Origin: Bacilli bacterium
GTDB lineage: Bacteria; Bacillota_I; Bacilli_A; RF39; UBA660
Reading direction: 5' to 3'
DNA: 64,000 bases
NCBI GenBank assembly: GCA_017938725.1
Contig: JAGBAW010000027.1
Location: 696 to 64,695 of the forward strand
The translations under genes were made by a program, and so were the position numbers. A model generated the notes under the pieces. The model was given only the letters and a program-made list of their open reading frames with translations, was not told where the DNA came from and did no database searches. Position 1 is the first letter of the stretch, and each line of letters opens with the position of its first letter. Of the stretch, positions 58,752 through 64,000 are shown one piece after another.

Positions 58752-60203
58752 GTGAAAATAATGAAAAAAAGATTATTATATTTTCTTATTATTGGAATTA
58801 TATTCTTTATACCAAAAAATGTATTTGCTGTTTCTGTATCTACAAGTTGTTCAGGATCTTCTAGTGCAACACTAGGTAATACAGTAACAGTAACTGTTAA
58901 AGGTAATGCCTCTGATAGTGTTATGTGGGATTTATCAATTTCATATGATTCATCCAAACTACAATATGTAGGTGGTAATGCAACACATTATATCTCAGAT
59001 GATTTTTCTTCATCACTTAATCTTACATATAAATTTAAAACAATTTCCTTAGGAAATGCATATGTAAAAGTAGCGAATGCTGAGGTAGCAACAGCATCAG
59101 GTGATTCTACTAGTTCACATGATGGAATATGTAATATTAATATAGTAAAACAATCTAGTACAGGTAGTACTAATATAGCAAAAAGCTCAGACAACAATCT
59201 AAAATCTTTATTTATAGATGGTGCAAATTTAAATCCTGAATTTAATAAAGATACACTTGAGTATTCTATTGAACTTCCATATGACACAACTAAAATAAAG
59301 GTTAATGCAGAAAAAAATGATTCTAAAGCTAATGTAAGGGGTGTTGGCGAAATAGATGTAAAAGAGGGTCAAAATAAAATTGAAATAGTAGTAACTGCTG
59401 AAAATGGTAGTACAAAGACATATATTATAAATGCTCTAGTTAAGGAAAAAGACCCAATCAAAGTAAAAGTAGCCGGAGAAGAATATACCATTGTTAGAAA
59501 ACTTGATGATATTAATATACCGATTAATTTTGAGAAGAAAACTATAAAAATATTAGATGATGATATTGAAACATTTTATAATAAAAAATTGAAGTATACT
59601 TTGGTGGCGTTAAAAAATAAAAAAGGTGATATTTCGTTATTTAAATATGATGAAGTAAAAAATATATATGATAAGTATTTACAGTTAAAGTCTAAAGAAT
59701 TAAATATAGTTTTAACTAAATTAGATAATGAAAAAGATATTCCAAATAGATATCATAAAGTTAATTTTGATTATAATGGAACTAATGTAGAAGGTTATGC
59801 ACTTAATAAGAATTCTGATTTTAGATTAGTGTATGGTGTTAATATAGAAAATGGTGATGAAGGCTTTTATTTATATGATTTGAAAGAAAATACCATTCAG
59901 AGATTTTATAATGAGCAATTAGATGATTATTCTAATTTAATAGATAGATGTAAACTAGTATTCATAGTACTTGGATCATTTATAATACTTCTAACAATCA
60001 TAATAATAGTATTATTATCAAAAAATGTTAAATTTAAAACAATGTATTTAAATAAAAGATTAAATCCTATAGATAATCCAAATTATAATAGTAAAAGTAT
60101 AAAGTATCAGGATTTAGAGGGTACTATATCTATGAATAAAATACAAAATAGCGAAGGTAAAAGTAAGAAAAAATCAAAAGAAAAAACATTTTTAGATGAA
60201 TAA
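58752..60203 (+). CDS. Membrane-anchored protein with N-terminal cohesin-like domain and cadherin-like beta-sandwich domain
   Basis: Signal peptide. ATLGNTVTVTVKGNASDSVMWDLSISYDSSKLQYVGG fits the cohesin pattern (G..v.V.V......g.....f.l.YD...L......G). Cadherin-like LKSLFIDGANLNPEFNKDTLEYSIELP. C-terminal TM (LVFIVLGSFIILLTIIIIVLL). Confidence 0.65.
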   Translation: MKIMKKRLLYFLIIGIIFFIPKNVFAVSVSTSCSGSSSATLGNTVTVTVKGNASDSVMWDLSISYDSSKLQYVGGNATHYISDDFSSSLNLTYKFKTISLGNAYVKVANAEVATASGDSTSSHDGICNINIVKQSSTGSTNIAKSSDNNLKSLFIDGANLNPEFNKDTLEYSIELPYDTTKIKVNAEKNDSKANVRGVGEIDVKEGQNKIEIVVTAENGSTKTYIINALVKEKDPIKVKVAGEEYTIVRKLDDINIPINFEKKTIKILDDDIETFYNKKLKYTLVALKNKKGDISLFKYDEVKNIYDKYLQLKSKELNIVLTKLDNEKDIPNRYHKVNFDYNGTNVEGYALNKNSDFRLVYGVNIENGDEGFYLYDLKENTIQRFYNEQLDDYSNLIDRCKLVFIVLGSFIILLTIIIIVLLSKNVKFKTMYLNKRLNPIDNPNYNSKSIKYQDLEGTISMNKIQNSEGKSKKKSKEKTFLDE

Positions 60204-60351
60204 AATGTTTTTTTTATACCAATATATTAATGACATGATAGTTTATATGTTAAAAAAGATAATATGCGGGATGCTATTGTCTTTTTTATTGCTTTTTTCC
60301 TTTATTTAATTTATAATTATTATATAATAAAATAAAAAGTAGGAGTCTAAT

Positions 60352-61740
60352 ATGAAGTTCAATAATTTTTTATCAAAAGTTTTTATATATGTATCTATAA
60401 TAGTTTTATCAATAATTTCACTTATTTTTCTAATTAAAAATAATTTTTTAATATCATTAATACTTTTTCTAGTTGTAATATTTATATCACTTAAAGAAAA
60501 TATTAAAAAATTTCCATTAATTCTTTTTATAACAAGTTTAATAATTAGGATTATAGTTATAATAGTTGCTAATTTTCCACAAGTATATGATTTTAAAATA
60601 TTATTAGATGCTTCAAAGGCTTTTTCTATATCTGATTACTCATTTAACCAGTGGGATCATTTTTCAATGTGGGGTTATCAAACGGGATTTGTAATTTATC
60701 AAGGCTTAATACTAAAATTGATAGAAAATGAAATAATATTAAAAATTTTAAATGCCATATATTCTTCATCTTTGGTATTAATCATTTATGCTGTAGCAAA
60801 AAAAATAAGTACTGAAAGGAGTGCTAGAATTGTATCACTTCTATATATGATTTTCCCTTTCTCACTAGTATTAAATACTGTTTTAGCTAATCATCATTTA
60901 TCAACTTTACTTATGTATATTGGAATATTATTCTTAATAAAAGATGAGAAACATATTAAAGATTATGTTTTTGCTGCAATTTTGATAAGTCTCGGTAATA
61001 TTATTAGACCAGAGGGCATTATTGTAGTATGTTCACTCTTACTATATGAATTTTTTAGATTAAAAAAGGATTTAATATTAGATACAGTAAAGAAAATATC
61101 AGTATTTTTAATTGTATATTTTTTGATAGGTACTACATCCTCATTAATTATCCAAAAGTCAGGTATAAATCCAGTTGGACTTAAAAATACAAATCCACTA
61201 TGGAAATTTGTTTTAGGATTTAATCATGATACATGTGGATATTATAGTGGTGATGATGTTATATATCAAAAAGATAAAAAAATGGAAATGGATATAATTA
61301 AAGAAAGAATATCTAAAAATCCAGCACAGATGGGTAAATTATTTGCTTGTAAAATAGATCATTTTTGGCTACTATCTGATATGTCTATGGAAAGTGGAGC
61401 ATTTAATGATAAAGAAATAAGTGTACTTGGAATTAATATTAAGTATAACCTAATAGAAGATATTGTTTTAACGGTAAATAAATTTATTTATATCATAACA
61501 TTTTTCATGTGCATTATCTCAGTTATCATTAAAAGAGGGCAGATTGTTAAAGATAAATCATTCTTCTTTGTTATTTTAATGATCGTAACTTTCTTTGTAT
61601 ACTTATTAATTGAAATACAACCAAGATATTCTTATTTTATACATATTTGTATATTTATACTTGCTAGTTACTCATTTGAATATTTATTAAATGTTATATG
61701 TAATATAAAAAATAAGATTACTAAAAATGTAAATAGTTAA
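60352..61740 (+). CDS. Polytopic membrane protein (putative polysaccharide polymerase/GT-C-like), function unknown
   Basis: About 12 TM helices; first gene of a cluster with acetyltransferase and glycosyltransferases. Confidence 0.6.
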   Translation: MKFNNFLSKVFIYVSIIVLSIISLIFLIKNNFLISLILFLVVIFISLKENIKKFPLILFITSLIIRIIVIIVANFPQVYDFKILLDASKAFSISDYSFNQWDHFSMWGYQTGFVIYQGLILKLIENEIILKILNAIYSSSLVLIIYAVAKKISTERSARIVSLLYMIFPFSLVLNTVLANHHLSTLLMYIGILFLIKDEKHIKDYVFAAILISLGNIIRPEGIIVVCSLLLYEFFRLKKDLILDTVKKISVFLIVYFLIGTTSSLIIQKSGINPVGLKNTNPLWKFVLGFNHDTCGYYSGDDVIYQKDKKMEMDIIKERISKNPAQMGKLFACKIDHFWLLSDMSMESGAFNDKEISVLGINIKYNLIEDIVLTVNKFIYIITFFMCIISVIIKRGQIVKDKSFFFVILMIVTFFVYLLIEIQPRYSYFIHICIFILASYSFEYLLNVICNIKNKITKNVNS

Positions 61741-61760
61741 AAACAATGAAGGAGAATAAA

Positions 61761-62309
61761 ATGAAAAAATATATAAAAAAACAACTTAAAAGAATTAGAA
61801 TCTATTTCATATTTGATGCTTATAAGAGAACAGAATATTTAGTAAAAAATAAAGTTTTTAAAGAAGTAGGTAAAAATTTTTTCTATCAGCCAAGAAAAAT
61901 TCCTGCTGATCCAGAATTTATAAAATTTCATGATAATGTGGTTGTTACTAGTGATGTAATATTTATGACACATGATATTACTCATATTATGCTTAATAAT
62001 ATGAGTAAAGATTATTATTATAAATATAATTCTGGTTGTATAGAAGTTATGAATAATGTATTTATTGGAAGTGGGAGTATTATACTTCCAAATATAACAA
62101 TTGGTAATAATGTAGTAATCGCGGCAGGATCAGTGGTTACAAAAAATATAGCTGATAATTCTGTGGTAGCGGGTAATCCAGCAAGAGTAATTGAGTCATT
62201 TGATGAATATGTACAAAAAAGAAGAGAAAAAAATGAAAACTTAATAGAGTATACTGAAAATATATCAGATGATAAATTGTGGGATGGATTTTATAAAAAT
62301 AAAGATTAG
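61761..62309 (+). CDS. Hexapeptide-repeat (LbH) sugar O-acetyltransferase
   Basis: VFIGSGSIILPNITIGNNVVIAAGSVVTKNIADNSVVAGNPARVI is a left-handed beta-helix hexapeptide motif. ATG 61761 after aaggag. Confidence 0.85.
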   Translation: MKKYIKKQLKRIRIYFIFDAYKRTEYLVKNKVFKEVGKNFFYQPRKIPADPEFIKFHDNVVVTSDVIFMTHDITHIMLNNMSKDYYYKYNSGCIEVMNNVFIGSGSIILPNITIGNNVVIAAGSVVTKNIADNSVVAGNPARVIESFDEYVQKRREKNENLIEYTENISDDKLWDGFYKNKD

Positions 62310-62319
62310 GTGATTTAAA

Positions 62320-63426
62320 TTGGAAAAGAAGAAAATATTATTTTTATCATGTACTTTGTGTATTGGTGGAATTGAAACTGCATTAATTAATTTACTAAAT
62401 AATATAGATTATAATAAATATGATGTAACTTTATTATTAGAAAAGAAAGAGGGGGAGTTATTAGATAAGGTAAATAAAAATGTAAAATTATATAATTATA
62501 ATATATGCACAAGTAGAAATGTAATTTATAGAAAAATTATAAATTTTATAAAAAGATTAAAATTTATATTAACAAGCTATAAGAAATATGATTTTTCTGT
62601 TTGCTATGCAACTTATTCAAAACCATGTAGTTTATTATGTTTAAAATCATCAAATAATACAGCAATTTATATTCATGGTGATTATGTTCAAGAATTTAAC
62701 GATTCAAAAATGGCCATATCATTTTTTGAAAACCAGGATATATATAGTTTTAAAAATATAATATTTGTGTCTAATGAATCAAGAGATAATCTAGTTAATT
62801 TAATGCCCGAGATTAAGAGTAAAAGCATAGTTATAAATAACTTTATAAATTATAAAGAAATAATTAAATTATCAGAGAAAAATATTAAGGAAGAAAAGCC
62901 AAAAAATAAAACCCTCTTGTTATATGTTGGTAGATTAGATGAAAATGTAAAAAGAACATCTAAAATGATAGATGTTACTGAATATTTGATTAACAATAAT
63001 ATTAATGTTGAATTTTGGATATTAGGTGATGGTAATGATTATAATTTATATAAAAAAATTATTACAGAAAGACACCTAGAAAATAGTGTAAAATTACTTG
63101 GAAAAAAGCTTAATCCATATCCATATATAAAATTATGTGACTACTTAATTATTACATCAGATCATGAAGGGTTTCCTGTAACGTTTTTGGAAGCTATTTG
63201 TTTAAATAAAAATATTATATCAACTATAGCTGTATCAGATGATGAAATAGATTTAAATGTTTATGGTAATATAGTGTCAAAAGATATTGATACTATGAAG
63301 AGTCAGGTCTATGATATTGTTAAAAATGGTAAGAATAATAAAGTAAATGTTGATTTTGATAAAATTAATAATAGTAGAATGAAAAAGATAGAAAAAATAT
63401 TTGAGGGGGATTTTCATGAAGTTTAG
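62320..63426 (+). CDS. Glycosyltransferase family 1 (GT4-type)
   Basis: C-terminal EGFPVTFLEAICLNKNIIST (E-x7-E GT1 motif). TTG start after RBS aggtga. Confidence 0.8.
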   Translation: MEKKKILFLSCTLCIGGIETALINLLNNIDYNKYDVTLLLEKKEGELLDKVNKNVKLYNYNICTSRNVIYRKIINFIKRLKFILTSYKKYDFSVCYATYSKPCSLLCLKSSNNTAIYIHGDYVQEFNDSKMAISFFENQDIYSFKNIIFVSNESRDNLVNLMPEIKSKSIVINNFINYKEIIKLSEKNIKEEKPKNKTLLLYVGRLDENVKRTSKMIDVTEYLINNNINVEFWILGDGNDYNLYKKIITERHLENSVKLLGKKLNPYPYIKLCDYLIITSDHEGFPVTFLEAICLNKNIISTIAVSDDEIDLNVYGNIVSKDIDTMKSQVYDIVKNGKNNKVNVDFDKINNSRMKKIEKIFEGDFHEV

Positions 63427-64000
63427 TTTAATTGTTCCAGTATATAATGTTGAAAAGTACCTTGATAAATGTCTAAATAGTATATTTTCTAATGATTACA
63501 AAAATTATGAGGTTATTATTGTTAATGATGGAAGTAAAGATAATAGTGAAGAAATAATAAATAAATATATTGAAATGCATGATAATATTATTTATGTTAA
63601 ACAGAAAAATCAAGGTCTTAGCGCTGCAAGAAATGAAGGGGTTAAAAGGTCAACGGGTGATTATATTGTTTTTATTGATTCAGATGATTATATTGAGTGT
63701 GATTTTTTAAAAATAATATCATCAAATTTAAATGATAAACCAGACCTACTTAGATATCAAGTAAGAGAAGTTTATGAAAATAAAATTGAAAATATATATG
63801 AAGATGGATTTGATTTAACCAATGGTATTGATGCATTTAATAAAATAGTTAAATATAAGTATATAGAAATGTCACAATTATATATATATAAATCATCTTA
63901 TTATAAAGATAATAAATTTAAGTTTCAAAAAGGTATATATCATGAAGACTTTAATTTAATTCCAATTATAATATCCAAAGCTAAAAGTATAAAATCTATA
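63416..64000 (+). CDS. Glycosyltransferase family 2 (partial; continues past window end)
   Basis: MKFSLIVPVYNVEKYLDKCLNSI...YEVIIVNDGSKDNS...FIDSDDY is the GT2 DxD region. Overlaps the upstream stop. Confidence 0.8.
   Translation, partial: MKFSLIVPVYNVEKYLDKCLNSIFSNDYKNYEVIIVNDGSKDNSEEIINKYIEMHDNIIYVKQKNQGLSAARNEGVKRSTGDYIVFIDSDDYIECDFLKIISSNLNDKPDLLRYQVREVYENKIENIYEDGFDLTNGIDAFNKIVKYKYIEMSQLYIYKSSYYKDNKFKFQKGIYHEDFNLIPIIISKAKSIKSI

Noticed and set aside
1-64000. CRISPR arrays, tRNA/rRNA genes, integrases/transposases
   Set aside because: I looked for regularly spaced short repeats, GC-rich cloverleaf-sized patches and recombinase motifs and found none. The only notable non-coding repeat is the 80-bp pair at 363 and 4869.

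Overview
Low-GC Firmicute (Clostridium-like) chromosomal window of about 60 predicted genes, all on the + strand except one small convergent gene at 15051-15488. No rRNA, tRNA, CRISPR array, integrase or transposase was seen.

Most interesting is a 4.5 kb islet (363-4974) bounded by two copies of an ~80 bp imperfect direct repeat, each followed by a hairpin. It carries an orphan ART-fold (DarT/Tpt1-like) gene with a strong terminator, a DinD/Bro-N gene broken by a frameshift in an A8 run, and a compact three-gene operon of unclear function: a WYL-domain HTH regulator, a SIS/SLOG-like Rossmann protein and a Ham1/ITPase-like NTP pyrophosphatase. I rank this operon as the best candidate for an undescribed, possibly nucleotide-based defence or toxin-control module.

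Remaining contents, in order:
- 5.1-27.3 kb: DUF2974 alpha/beta hydrolase; thioredoxin-like membrane protein; [FeFe] hydrogenase with an N-terminal rubredoxin-like module; membrane-anchored XRE regulators; CDF transporter; secreted non-specific nuclease; DUF305 protein; topoisomerase III; M23 peptidase with Listeria-Bacteroides repeats; NifS-type cysteine desulfurase plus TtcA-like PP-loop ATPase; Fe/Mn SOD-like protein; YlmH-like S4 protein.
- 27.6-47.5 kb: a dense antimicrobial-peptide sensing/detoxification region. It holds a lantibiotic-type RR-ABC-ABC2-HK module, two BceAB/BceRS-type modules with recognisable operator-like repeats, a VanZ-RDD fusion protein and an ABC-2 exporter.
- 47.5-64 kb: a GGDEF protein with a degenerate NGDEF motif; YihY/BrkB; LtaS; an LCP protein carrying EGF-like Cys repeats; an adjacent dockerin-bearing and cohesin-bearing surface-protein pair; the start of a polysaccharide biosynthesis cluster (membrane protein, hexapeptide acetyltransferase, GT1, GT2).

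All domain calls are by eye from motifs, with no database searches, so functional assignments are hypotheses of graded confidence.
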